Of a DNA stretch of 64,000 nt, positions 49,301 to 57,914 are shown in pieces. How positions within the stretch are numbered: position 1 is the stretch's first letter; every line of letters begins with the position of its first letter. The translations under genes and the position numbers were made by a program. Below the pieces are notes generated by a model that made no database searches, was not told where the DNA came from, and saw nothing but the letters and a program-made list of their open reading frames with translations. Source of the stretch: Minisyncoccota bacterium (GTDB lineage: Bacteria > Patescibacteriota > Minisyncoccia > Phycocordibacterales > UBA9973); the NCBI GenBank assembly GCA_018061035.1, contig JAGOUX010000001.1:6817-70816 (forward strand), in the 5' to 3' direction.

Positions 49301-49475
49301 CTTCTTTACTTCTTCCCTTTTTCCTAAAAAGGACAAAAAACTATTTTATAAACGTAGAAACTCTTTTTTCGCTAAATGAGAAACTACCCCAAAAGTGTAA
49401 CACAGATTGCTAAAATAGCAATCAAGCAAATTAAATGGCGCCGCATGACCAAGTCAGGCGGCGCCAAATTTTTTG

Positions 49476-49709
49476 CTAATTCTCTAGATCAGAGCTGTCC
49501 CCGTAGTCGATGAGCGGAGGCGGCTCCTCGATATCTGGAACGGCGTCCATTGGGGACGTCTGACGAATGATCGGTACGCGCTCGATCTGTTCGAGCTGCC
49601 GCCTGATCGGGACATTTCCTCGTATAGCCTCTCGATCGAAGAAATCATCCACATCATGTGGCTCTCGACGCGCTCGCGTCACTTTTGCATCATTCCGAAT
49701 GCTACGCAT
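49476..49709 (-). CDS. Hypothetical acidic protein (GC-rich island C)
   Basis: 77-aa GC-rich ORF with the GC hairpin GGCGCCGC...GCGGCGCC plus a T-run downstream. Confidence 0.3.
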   Translation of the reverse strand: MRSIRNDAKVTRARREPHDVDDFFDREAIRGNVPIRRQLEQIERVPIIRQTSPMDAVPDIEEPPPLIDYGDSSDLEN

Positions 49710-49807
49710 TTACCACCACCCCCGAAAAAAACGAAAGAAAAACTGAACCAGATATATGTTACCTTAGAATTTATTAAACGACAACGTAAAACCCATTTTA
49801 CATATTA

Positions 49808-49836
49808 TTGACAATTTTCAAATATAGTGTAAGAAT
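49808..49836 (+). promoter_or_regulatory. Sigma70-like promoter for the island-C lipoprotein
   Basis: Perfect -35 TTGACA, 17-nt spacer, TGt-AAGAAT extended -10, then the RBS GGAGG 7 nt before the ATG at 49880. Confidence 0.55.
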
Positions 49837-49879
49837 AATCTCGATTAGGTTCGCATCCCGCGAGCTCGGAGGCACACCC

Positions 49880-50299
49880 ATGAAAGCCAAGACTGCTCTT
49901 TCCATTCTCGTCTTCCTGGCGTTGGGACTCAGCGTCGCCTGCTCGAAGTCTTCACCGACAGCACCGACACCAACCCCGGTCACCTACACGGTGGCTATCA
50001 CCCCGACTGCTTCCACGTTGACCTTCAAGGCCGGCGCGGGCGCTCCGCTGACCTTCACTGCCAGAATCACAGGGAGTGACGGTACCACAGTGGCACCATC
50101 CGCATCTGATGCGGTGGTGATCACCTTCGGCACGTCTGGGGTCGCGACAGCGACGATGCAGACGCCCGTGGCGACCAGCACCAGTCTGATCCAGACCGTC
50201 AGCTTTGGTGGCACGAAGGTCGGCACAACCACGGCAACGGCGACCATGTCCAACCCCAAGTACGTGGGGAACGTCACCGTGACCATCGTCGTGCAATAG
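49880..50299 (+). CDS. Lipoprotein with Ig-like (Big_2-like) Thr/Ala/Val-rich domain, GC-rich codon usage
   Basis: Signal peptide with lipobox LSVA-C; beta-rich T/A/V composition; strong third-position GC bias. Confidence 0.6.
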   Translation: MKAKTALSILVFLALGLSVACSKSSPTAPTPTPVTYTVAITPTASTLTFKAGAGAPLTFTARITGSDGTTVAPSASDAVVITFGTSGVATATMQTPVATSTSLIQTVSFGGTKVGTTTATATMSNPKYVGNVTVTIVVQ

Positions 50300-50319
50300 A
50301 CGGTGAGACAGAACAAAAA

Positions 50320-50348
50320 GCGAGAGTCTGCTCACGGCAGACTCTCGC
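50320..50348 (+). terminator. GC hairpin after the lipoprotein gene
   Basis: GCGAGAGTCTGC-tcacg-GCAGACTCTCGC, perfect 12-bp stem, no U-tract. Confidence 0.5.
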
Positions 50349-50600
50349 AATAACACAACGAACATAAGTTCGCATTATCTAAAGTCGTTAGCACCCCAAA
50401 AAAGCGGTACTAACGGCTTTTTTGATTTCTGTTATTTATTTCACAAACTGCAAACTCCTCACTCAAAAAACTTCCAACAACAAACTAACTATTAAAATAT
50501 ATTAAATCCAGATGGCATGCAAAAGGCCCCGTCGACATCTGTCGACGGGGCCGATTTTCTTCGTGCTCAAGCCTACCATTGGTTCTGAATGTGACCAATA

Positions 50601-50930
50601 TCACACCGGCGACATTTCTGCCTCGGAAGAACCATTACTGCTGTTTTTGTGGTGTCGGTGACGCCCTTGATACCTCGCAGGGTACTGGCTTTCGTTTTCG
50701 ACCAAACGTTCGAGAAGAAGGATAAACTTGTCGAGAATGCCGTGCTTATTCATCCGGCGTAATTCGACCATTGCCCAGTACTGGTCCTTATGCGAGAAGA
50801 ACAAATAGACCAGTCGCACACGCAACTTCTTGATTCTTTCTGCTTGTCGCTTTAGGCCTCCCTTTTTACGATGTGGGTATACATGCAGGTCAACACGATC
50901 CCTTTCGCACCGCCTCTGGTTCACATGCAT
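50601..50930 (-). CDS. Hypothetical protein, possible degenerate HNH-like remnant
   Basis: RRCERDRVDLHVYPHRKKGG loosely resembles the C-x2-C...DHxxP..GG segment of HNH nucleases but lacks the second Cys pair; GC hairpin terminator at 50525-50552. Confidence 0.25.
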   Translation of the reverse strand: MHVNQRRCERDRVDLHVYPHRKKGGLKRQAERIKKLRVRLVYLFFSHKDQYWAMVELRRMNKHGILDKFILLLERLVENESQYPARYQGRHRHHKNSSNGSSEAEMSPV

Positions 50931-51021
50931 CAGGTCTTCGCCTTTCGCTTAAACCAAAGTACACCAAGAACTAATTACAAAAATATTCTACATCAGTAAA
51001 AATTTTGTGCAATATAAGATT

Positions 51022-51993
51022 TTATTCCTCGTCTTCTGTTCCCTCTTCTCCAGACTCTAGTGCAGAAAAAATATCTTCCATATAACCTTCGAGTATCTTT
51101 GGCAGATTGTGCCAGGATTTCTTGAGTCTGTGGTCTGTGATTCTGTCTTGTGCGAAATTATAAGTGCGGATTTTTTCTGAACGATCACCAGAACCAATCT
51201 GATTCTTGCGAACACCGGCATACTTGGCAGCTTCCTTTTCTTCTTCGAGCTGTTGAAGCTTGGCCATCAATATACCCATAGCTTTCTCACGGTTTGCTAG
51301 CTGGCTTCGTTCATTAGTAGAACGCACATCTATGCCAGTAGGTTTGTGAATCAATCGCACCGCGGTCTCCACCTTATTCACGTTCTGTCCGCCCTTTCCA
51401 CCAGAGCGAGAATACTCCATTTCAATATCAGAAGGATTAACTTCAAAATTTACTTTTTTGCGGATAGGCAACACTGCGACAGATGCAGTAGAGGTATGCA
51501 CACGGCCGTTTTTCTCGGTAGCGGGCACTCTCTGTACTCGGTGCACGCCTGTCTCATATCGCATCATCTTATATACATCTTTCCCACGTATTTCAAAGCT
51601 GGCTTCTTTATATCCACCTTGGTCACTCTTGGATTCATAATTGGTCTTCCAATTCCATCCTCGCATTTCAGAGAATTTTTCATACATGTGTGCCAGCTCC
51701 CATGCGAACAAAGATGCCTCGTCTCCTCCGGCACCTGCTCGCACTTCTAGGACGATCTCATTTGGAGATTCTTCCTCTTCTTTATCTTTCGCAAGGATAT
51801 CTTCAATCTGACCTTCTACTGCTTCTCGCTCGAGCTGTATGCCCTTCAATTCCTCAGCTGCAAGATCATGCAGTGTCGCATCACCTGCAAGCATTTCTCG
51901 CACTTCTGCCTCCTGACGCATAAGGCGCTCCAAATTTCCTGCGAGATAATTCGTACGGTGGTCTTTCTTTAATTCATCTATATTTAATTCCAT
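51022..51993 (-). CDS. prfA: Peptide chain release factor 1
   Basis: GGQ motif ([13 protein letters not shown]) and the PAT tripeptide (RVPATE) diagnostic of RF1; start taken at MELNIDEL. Confidence 0.85.
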   Translation of the reverse strand: MELNIDELKKDHRTNYLAGNLERLMRQEAEVREMLAGDATLHDLAAEELKGIQLEREAVEGQIEDILAKDKEEEESPNEIVLEVRAGAGGDEASLFAWELAHMYEKFSEMRGWNWKTNYESKSDQGGYKEASFEIRGKDVYKMMRYETGVHRVQRVPATEKNGRVHTSTASVAVLPIRKKVNFEVNPSDIEMEYSRSGGKGGQNVNKVETAVRLIHKPTGIDVRSTNERSQLANREKAMGILMAKLQQLEEEKEAAKYAGVRKNQIGSGDRSEKIRTYNFAQDRITDHRLKKSWHNLPKILEGYMEDIFSALESGEEGTEDEE

Positions 51994-52059
51994 AAATTGA
52001 TATATTAATTCTATCACACAAAGCAAAAACACCCTGCAAATACAGGGTGTCCATGGTGT

Positions 52060-52281
52060 TTATTTCTTTGCTTTGGTAGCGACAAGAGCTCGGCGCTTGT
52101 TGAATCGATCTACGCGTCCTGCTGTGTCCATGATCTTTTCGTTACCTGTATAGAATGGATGGCAAGAACTGCAGATTTCCATACGGATTTCTGGCATAGT
52201 TGAGCCAACCTCAAAGACTGCTCCGCATGCGCAGATTGCCTTTGTTTTGATATCATATTTTGGGTGAATGTCTTTTTTCAT
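52060..52281 (-). CDS. rpmE: 50S ribosomal protein L31
   Basis: MKKDIHPKY...CxxC...C pattern. Confidence 0.9.
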   Translation of the reverse strand: MKKDIHPKYDIKTKAICACGAVFEVGSTMPEIRMEICSSCHPFYTGNEKIMDTAGRVDRFNKRRALVATKAKK

Positions 52282-52400
52282 TCCGTTAGAGATAGAAAAT
52301 CTTTAGATTTTCGTAATTAAATTACTCCTAATAAACAAAATAACCAATTCGATTAGTTATTATTCATGAATTCCATTAAACCAATAGATCTCTAACAGAA
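52282..52400. mobile_element. MITE-like element, copy 7 (abutting the rpmE start codon)
   Basis: TIRs TCCGTTAGAGAT / ATCTCTAACAGA (one mismatch); 5-bp TSD TTCAT at 52277-52281 and 52401-52405. Confidence 0.65.
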
Positions 52401-52427
52401 TTCATGTCCTTAGACTTTATCACACAA

Positions 52428-53801
52428 TTACGACGAAAGCAAATCTATATTGGCCTGAATGGTCGCCCGAAGTTTGGCGACACTATTACCATACGAACAG
52501 CTAGAACCCCCTGAACCATAGTATCTGCAAGCTGCTTTCTTTTGAGCGCTTTCACTTGTGCCTACAGCACCTAAATCTGTCAGATACATACCAGAGGCCA
52601 TGAAAGCATCTTTTGGTGCCCAAGGATTTGCTTCATAGCCCAATATTGCTTTTAATCTCGAAGCAAATAACTGCCAAGTCGAAGGTATAAATTGTGCAGG
52701 ACCCATAGCTCCACCATAACCAGCCACTCCGGCTATAGGGCAAGATACTGCAGTATTATATGGATTTAAATTCAATCTACTAGTAATAGCTAAAAATGGT
52801 TCGACGTCTCGTGTAGGTTTCATGAGATTTGTCCAAACTTTACCAGTCTTAATATTTTTTCCATAGCCTATATTAGGACCAGTACTATCAGTGAGATAGC
52901 ATTGTCCCACATTTGAACCGAGATTACTTTCTTGGGTCAATATTGCCAATAGGAAAGCTGGGTCAACACCTGTCTTTTTACTTACATCATTTGCATAAAG
53001 CAAGGCTGTACCGAATTCAATCTTTTGAGAAATACCTGCGAGCGAGAAAAGAGCACTTCGAATTTTGTCAGCTTGGGCTTTTTTCTCTGCGGCTAATTTC
53101 TGATAAGCTGCTTCTTGATTCTTTGAAATTTGAAGCAACTTTTTTTTGTCCGCTTCTGATTGTGCTACTTTCTTTTGAGCACTTTCCAATTCAGCCTTGG
53201 CGTCTGTCTCGGCATCTTGTTTGGCTTCCAAATCTTTCTTGGCGACCTCGGTATCAGATTTAATTCCCTTGATATTGTCTACTGATACTTTGACCGCCTC
53301 TTTGATAGTGGAATATGACTCTAGGTCACTATAAAAATCAGAAATGCTTTCATCACCGAGGACCACATGTAAAATATTGGCATTATCAAATTCATTAGTA
53401 TTTCGAATTAATTGAGCGATAGACTCGTGCTCTCGTTCGATTTTAGCATTCAAACTTCCAATTTGTTTAGACTTTTCAGTTATAGAAACTTTCAACTGAG
53501 CTATTACCAAAGCTCGGGCTTTGATCTTTGTTTTAAGAGCATTGATTTGACTGGTGAGATAATCCACATCACCTTTTAGTGTACCAGTTTGCTTTTGCTG
53601 TTCTTTTTGCTTGGCTATGAGTTCTGCTAATTGATTTTCTATTTGAGTAAGCTCATTTCGACAATAATCCTTATCAGAATTACTCGAAGAAGGAGTAATA
53701 TTGAGACAATCCACAGCAAAAGCCTTGGGAATAGCCAAATATCCAGCCGTAATAAGCATTATTGAAAATATAAAAATAAAAACTATGGTCTTCTTTGCCA
53801 T
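52428..53801 (-). CDS. Secreted coiled-coil protein with C-terminal lytic-transglycosylase-like (SLT/GEWL-like) domain
   Basis: Signal/TM segment, long coiled-coil, then AILTQESNLG (ES catalytic-Glu motif); a PcsB-like architecture. Confidence 0.45.
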   Translation of the reverse strand: MAKKTIVFIFIFSIMLITAGYLAIPKAFAVDCLNITPSSSNSDKDYCRNELTQIENQLAELIAKQKEQQKQTGTLKGDVDYLTSQINALKTKIKARALVIAQLKVSITEKSKQIGSLNAKIEREHESIAQLIRNTNEFDNANILHVVLGDESISDFYSDLESYSTIKEAVKVSVDNIKGIKSDTEVAKKDLEAKQDAETDAKAELESAQKKVAQSEADKKKLLQISKNQEAAYQKLAAEKKAQADKIRSALFSLAGISQKIEFGTALLYANDVSKKTGVDPAFLLAILTQESNLGSNVGQCYLTDSTGPNIGYGKNIKTGKVWTNLMKPTRDVEPFLAITSRLNLNPYNTAVSCPIAGVAGYGGAMGPAQFIPSTWQLFASRLKAILGYEANPWAPKDAFMASGMYLTDLGAVGTSESAQKKAACRYYGSGGSSCSYGNSVAKLRATIQANIDLLSS

Positions 53802-53838
53802 AGTTCTTATTGTACCATATTTGAGATAAAAATTTGAA

Positions 53839-54492
53839 TTATTTTGCGTCTGGAGTAGCTTCTCCTGCACCTTCTTCTTCTTTCTTACCTTTCTTTTCTA
53901 CTTCGATAGCAGATAGATCAACTGGAGCTGCTTCTTCTTCTTTTTCTTCAACCTGAGCAACGATAGAAGCGACAACTTCTGTAGCCGGAGTTATAGCTTC
54001 AACACCTGATGGAAGCTTGATGTCAGCAACAGTTACTACATCTTCGAGAGTATTCAATCCTGTGACATCTGCAACAAGATTATGAGGAAGATCCTTAGGA
54101 AGAGCTTCGATTTCGATTTCGTGTAGAACCTTAACAAGGTTACCAATTCCACTCTTCACAGCTCCGGCTACACCTTCGAATTCGAGAGGAACATTGACCT
54201 TGATCTTCTTCTTCATGTCGATAGCAAGGAAGTCAGCATGTATAGGCTCGCTAGTAACAGGGTCTACCTGCACATCGTGGATAAGTACATCTACATCTCC
54301 TTCTGGAGTTGAGACAACAATAGCAGAAGACTCTCCGGCATCTCTCCAAACCTTCTTAAAATCAACAATAGATACAGAGATAGAAGTAGTTTCCTTGCCT
54401 GCTCCGTAAAAAACAGCAGGGATTTCTCCCCCTTTTCTTAGAACATCTAGTTTTACTCCCTCATCTCGCTTTTTAGCTTTGATTACAAACAT
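53839..54492 (-). CDS. rplY: 50S ribosomal protein L25 / general stress protein Ctc
   Basis: N-terminal KAKKRDEGVKLDVLRKGGEIPAVFYG; long form with acidic C-tail. Confidence 0.8.
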   Translation of the reverse strand: MFVIKAKKRDEGVKLDVLRKGGEIPAVFYGAGKETTSISVSIVDFKKVWRDAGESSAIVVSTPEGDVDVLIHDVQVDPVTSEPIHADFLAIDMKKKIKVNVPLEFEGVAGAVKSGIGNLVKVLHEIEIEALPKDLPHNLVADVTGLNTLEDVVTVADIKLPSGVEAITPATEVVASIVAQVEEKEEEAAPVDLSAIEVEKKGKKEEEGAGEATPDAK

Positions 54493-54623
54493 ACAGACAA
54501 GTATATACAAAAAATTTAAAAAAGCAAATAAAAAAGCCGTCAGTGCTCTTCCGTGGAAGTCTTAACGACTTTGACTATATGGACGCGGTAGGCAAGCCTT
54601 GTTCTGCCTGCCTACCGATATCT

Positions 54624-55070
54624 CTATCCGAACATGACCTCGAAGCCAGCTTCCTTGGCCTCGCGGACGAGGAATGCCTCCGTCATGGAATCATCCCCAA
54701 AACTCGGAAGAAAGAGCTTTGGCGCTGGCTTCTCGTCCGTATTCTTCCGACGGGCACGAGGCCGAGCTGAGACGAGTCCGTGCTCCTTCCACTCGTGCTC
54801 ACCCGTGTACTGAACCAGCCAGAGATACGACGCACCGATGCCAGCCACTTGATGACTCTCTGGGATGTACGGAACGCACGCCCAAGTGCAGCCGTGCAAG
54901 GCCGTACGAAGCTCCGGCAACGGATTGATCCGAAACCGGTAGCCGACATCGAGGTGCGACTGGATCAGTCGAAGCGCGTCCGACAAAACCAAGCGACCCC
55001 CGGGGTCAGGCTGTCCATCCAGCATCGCCATGAGACGATGATGAAAACTACGATTACTCTCTTTGTGCAT
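54624..55070 (-). CDS. Hypothetical protein (GC-rich island D)
   Basis: 148-aa GC-rich ORF; GC hairpin GGTAGGCA...TGCCTACC downstream. Confidence 0.35.
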   Translation of the reverse strand: MHKESNRSFHHRLMAMLDGQPDPGGRLVLSDALRLIQSHLDVGYRFRINPLPELRTALHGCTWACVPYIPESHQVAGIGASYLWLVQYTGEHEWKEHGLVSARPRARRKNTDEKPAPKLFLPSFGDDSMTEAFLVREAKEAGFEVMFG

Positions 55071-55188
55071 GGGGCTCTCCCACAGTCTCGCGGACTAGCT
55101 CACCCTTGGAACGATTCCCTCGAAGCTCTGGTGACGAGCTTGTGCATTACGAAAATTACCATACCACATTTATAGGAAAAAGACAACC

Positions 55189-56901
55189 CTAGACCTTGTG
55201 CTCGACTTTATGTTCTATAGCTAAATGAGAAGAAATATATTCCCTTGTTCCCCCTTCCTTTTCCGTTGGAACTTTCTTGCCGGGGTTTAAAATATTCTTT
55301 GGATCGAAAGCAAACTTGATATCCTTGAATATAGCGGTGACTCTCGCGCCAAACATCTTTTCTAGATATGGTGTGCGGATAATACCGTCATTGTGCTCCG
55401 CAGTAATCGAGCCATGATAATGCATCACGAGATCATAGACCTTGTCAGAAAGCTCGGTGATAATTTGGGCAGTATCAGGCCGTGAGAAATCCATGAGCGG
55501 AATGATGTGAAAATTGCCATCACCAGCATGACCAGCGATAGTATAGGTCAGATCGTATTTGCTCAATATTTTATTAAGCTCTGGTATGAATTTAGGTAGG
55601 AATTCTGGGCGCACGATGATGTCGTCGATGAATGGAGCAGTTCTTTTGCCTTTCACATGCTTGCGAAGAAGCGCAAAGCTGTCTCTGCGAATATCCCAAT
55701 ATTTATTTGCTTCAGATTCGTTCTTGGTTATGTGGGTCTTAAGGCCGAAAGGCTTGATTTTTGCGACCAATGCCTCGCATTTCTTTTGTACTTCTTCTTC
55801 GCTATTGCCGGCAAATTGCGCGAGGATCACCATCTTTGGGAATCCGCCACGAACCATCATGAAAAATTCCGGCAAGAATGACCACATCATTTTAAACATA
55901 CCCACGAGTCCTTTGTTCTTTAAAAAATCTGGGAAGAACTTCACTGCAAGTGCCAAAGTCTTGTCGTCATAAGTCTCCAAGGTTTCGGGATCCAGGGTCA
56001 GCATCTCATCTACGAGTCTGCCGAGAGGCATAAGGTCCTGCATGAATACTGCCACGAGCTTGGTGTGCTTGATGTCCGGCAATACTTTGAAAGTTATTTC
56101 GGTAACTATGCCGAGAGTACCCTGAGAGCCGACGAGTAATTTGTTCAAATCAAACATGCCATTCGCTGTCATCACATTCCAGATATAATATCCGGCGGAA
56201 TTTTTGCTCACCTTTGGCTTCGCTTCCTTTATTTCCTCTTTGTTCTTCTCGATCAGATTATAAATCTGCTTATACACTTCTCCTTCGAAGGATTTCTCTG
56301 CCATTTTTTGCGCGAGCTCCTTGAGATTTAATGGCTTAACCACATATTCATTACCATCAGAGAAAATAACTTTTGCCGAAAGTACATAATCTTCTGTTTT
56401 ACCGTATTTGAGTGTTCGCTCACCTGCAGAATTGTTGCCATACATACCACCCATAGCATTGAGACTCTTTGATGCGGTATAGCAAGGCAATATCAAACTC
56501 TTCTCGAGGGTTATCTTTTCAAAATCACGGTAATACATACCAGGCTGGACCGTTATAGAATATTCCTTTTGAGTTAGGCTTCCAGGATATTTCTGAGGAA
56601 TGTGATCAATGAATTTCACCAAGTGATTCATATATCTGGTGAAGTCGAGAATGATCGACGGCCCTATCGCCCCTCCAGACATATCTGTGCCGGCACATCT
56701 TGCAGTGATCGAAAGAGTTGGGCGAACCTTTTTGGTGTAGTTGACCCATTTTACGATGTTCTGAACATCCAATGAATCCTTGGGATATAGCACGAGCTTC
56801 GGCTTCACCTCTAGTAGGCTCGCGTCGTGAGAATATTTATTGAGAGTCTCTCGGCTATCATCGACATCTCCCTTGAAAAATTTTTTAATTTCGTCTTTCA
56901 C
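55189..56901 (-). CDS. FAD-linked oxidase (GlcD / D-lactate dehydrogenase / alkyl-DHAP-synthase-like)
   Basis: FAD_binding_4-type N-terminal domain and a large C-terminal cap; 570 aa. Confidence 0.7.
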   Translation of the reverse strand: MKDEIKKFFKGDVDDSRETLNKYSHDASLLEVKPKLVLYPKDSLDVQNIVKWVNYTKKVRPTLSITARCAGTDMSGGAIGPSIILDFTRYMNHLVKFIDHIPQKYPGSLTQKEYSITVQPGMYYRDFEKITLEKSLILPCYTASKSLNAMGGMYGNNSAGERTLKYGKTEDYVLSAKVIFSDGNEYVVKPLNLKELAQKMAEKSFEGEVYKQIYNLIEKNKEEIKEAKPKVSKNSAGYYIWNVMTANGMFDLNKLLVGSQGTLGIVTEITFKVLPDIKHTKLVAVFMQDLMPLGRLVDEMLTLDPETLETYDDKTLALAVKFFPDFLKNKGLVGMFKMMWSFLPEFFMMVRGGFPKMVILAQFAGNSEEEVQKKCEALVAKIKPFGLKTHITKNESEANKYWDIRRDSFALLRKHVKGKRTAPFIDDIIVRPEFLPKFIPELNKILSKYDLTYTIAGHAGDGNFHIIPLMDFSRPDTAQIITELSDKVYDLVMHYHGSITAEHNDGIIRTPYLEKMFGARVTAIFKDIKFAFDPKNILNPGKKVPTEKEGGTREYISSHLAIEHKVEHKV

Positions 56902-56934
56902 GAAGATAATTATAGCACCTTTATACTTTAGATT

Positions 56935-57789
56935 TTATTTTATACCGTTGAAAAGTTTCAGTCTGGCTTCCACAACAGCTTCAACTGCATCCTCAGCAGG
57001 TTGCAAAATCTTTGCAGGAGTAATTTCTTCTGTATGTTCTGATAACGACTCTTTTACAGCATCACGGAAAGCCAAGCGAAGCTCAGAGTTAATGTGCACT
57101 ACTGAAATTCCTGCCTTGATAGCATTGGTAAAGTCTTCATCCCTAAGTCCTGATCCACCATGAAGTACCAGCGGAATTTTTACCGCATCTTTTATTTTTT
57201 TTACCAGTTCCGCATCTATGTGCGGTTTGCCACTCTTGATAAGGCCATGAATACTACCGACAGACGGCGCGAACATATCTATACCAGTTTCTTCCACAAA
57301 TCTTTTTGCATCCTCGGGTGTAGTCAGTACTCCTGCGCCTTCAGGTATAGTTTCTTTGATATCTGAGCCTGACCCGATATATCCGAGTTCTGCTTCTACT
57401 AGAACCTCGCGTCCAATCATTCGCGCATATATTACGCACTCCTTAGTGACTTTTACATTCTCTTCAAAGCTAAGCTTGGCTCCATCAATAATAACCATAT
57501 CAAAGCCAGCATCAATCGAGGCCTTCACAGACTCAAAGCTTGAATGATGATCGGCATTTAGAAATATCGGATAATCATCTCTGGTGCGGATAGCCTGCAC
57601 GAGAGCAACTGCCTCCTCTCTGCCCACAAATTTCTCTTCACCCTCAGAAACTCCGATTATCACCGGCACATTTAGCTTCTTTGCCGCATTGTAGATGGCA
57701 TGAAGGGCCTCTAAATTTGAAATATTAAAATGTCCAATAGCTACACCCTTATCTTCTGCTTCTTTTATATATTCTCTGAGTGATTTCAT
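56935..57789 (-). CDS. fba: Fructose-bisphosphate aldolase class II
   Basis: KGVAIGHFNISNLE, GVSEG and HGGSG motifs. Confidence 0.9.
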   Translation of the reverse strand: MKSLREYIKEAEDKGVAIGHFNISNLEALHAIYNAAKKLNVPVIIGVSEGEEKFVGREEAVALVQAIRTRDDYPIFLNADHHSSFESVKASIDAGFDMVIIDGAKLSFEENVKVTKECVIYARMIGREVLVEAELGYIGSGSDIKETIPEGAGVLTTPEDAKRFVEETGIDMFAPSVGSIHGLIKSGKPHIDAELVKKIKDAVKIPLVLHGGSGLRDEDFTNAIKAGISVVHINSELRLAFRDAVKESLSEHTEEITPAKILQPAEDAVEAVVEARLKLFNGIK

Positions 57790-57905
57790 TCCGTTAGAGG
57801 CAGGTCGCGATCTTCGCTTCCTGTAAATTATTTATAATGTAGTTAGTAGTAATAATGTTATTAATTAATCTTAATGGTATTTTGTGACCGCGGCCTCTAA
57901 CGGAA
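57790..57905 (-). mobile_element. MITE-like element, copy 4 (abutting the fba start codon)
   Basis: TIRs CCGTTAGAGGCAGGTCGCGA / TGTGACCGCGGCCTCTAACGG; 5-bp TSD TTCAT at 57785-57789 and 57906-57910. Confidence 0.7.
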
Positions 57906-57910
57906 TTCAT
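57794..57910 (-). other. Upstream ORF within MITE copy 4 (38 aa, MNSVRGRGH...IATCL)
   Basis: ATG from the TSD copy, open through the element, TAA in the TIR, then 4 nt (CGGA), then the fba ATG. Confidence 0.45.
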
Positions 57911-57914
57911 GATT

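Noticed and set aside
49952-50365. Minus-strand ORFs 49952..50365 and 49984..50316 opposite the lipoprotein gene
   Set aside because: They are the antisense of a GC-rich CDS, with Arg/Gly/Cys-rich nonsense translations. The plus-strand gene has a promoter, SD, signal peptide and lipobox.
51022-52032. Reading the release factor as RF2 with a programmed frameshift
   Set aside because: The tripeptide is PAT (RF1-type), not SPF. The ORF is continuous with no internal in-frame stop near the N-terminus, so there is no sign of the RF2 +1 frameshift site.
54674-55175. Plus-strand ORFs 54674..54928 and 54780..55175 and minus-strand 54683..54949 in island D
   Set aside because: These are overlapping alternative frames in GC-rich DNA. 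Only 54624..55070 (minus) has a terminator hairpin downstream and a plausible length. Even that call has low confidence.
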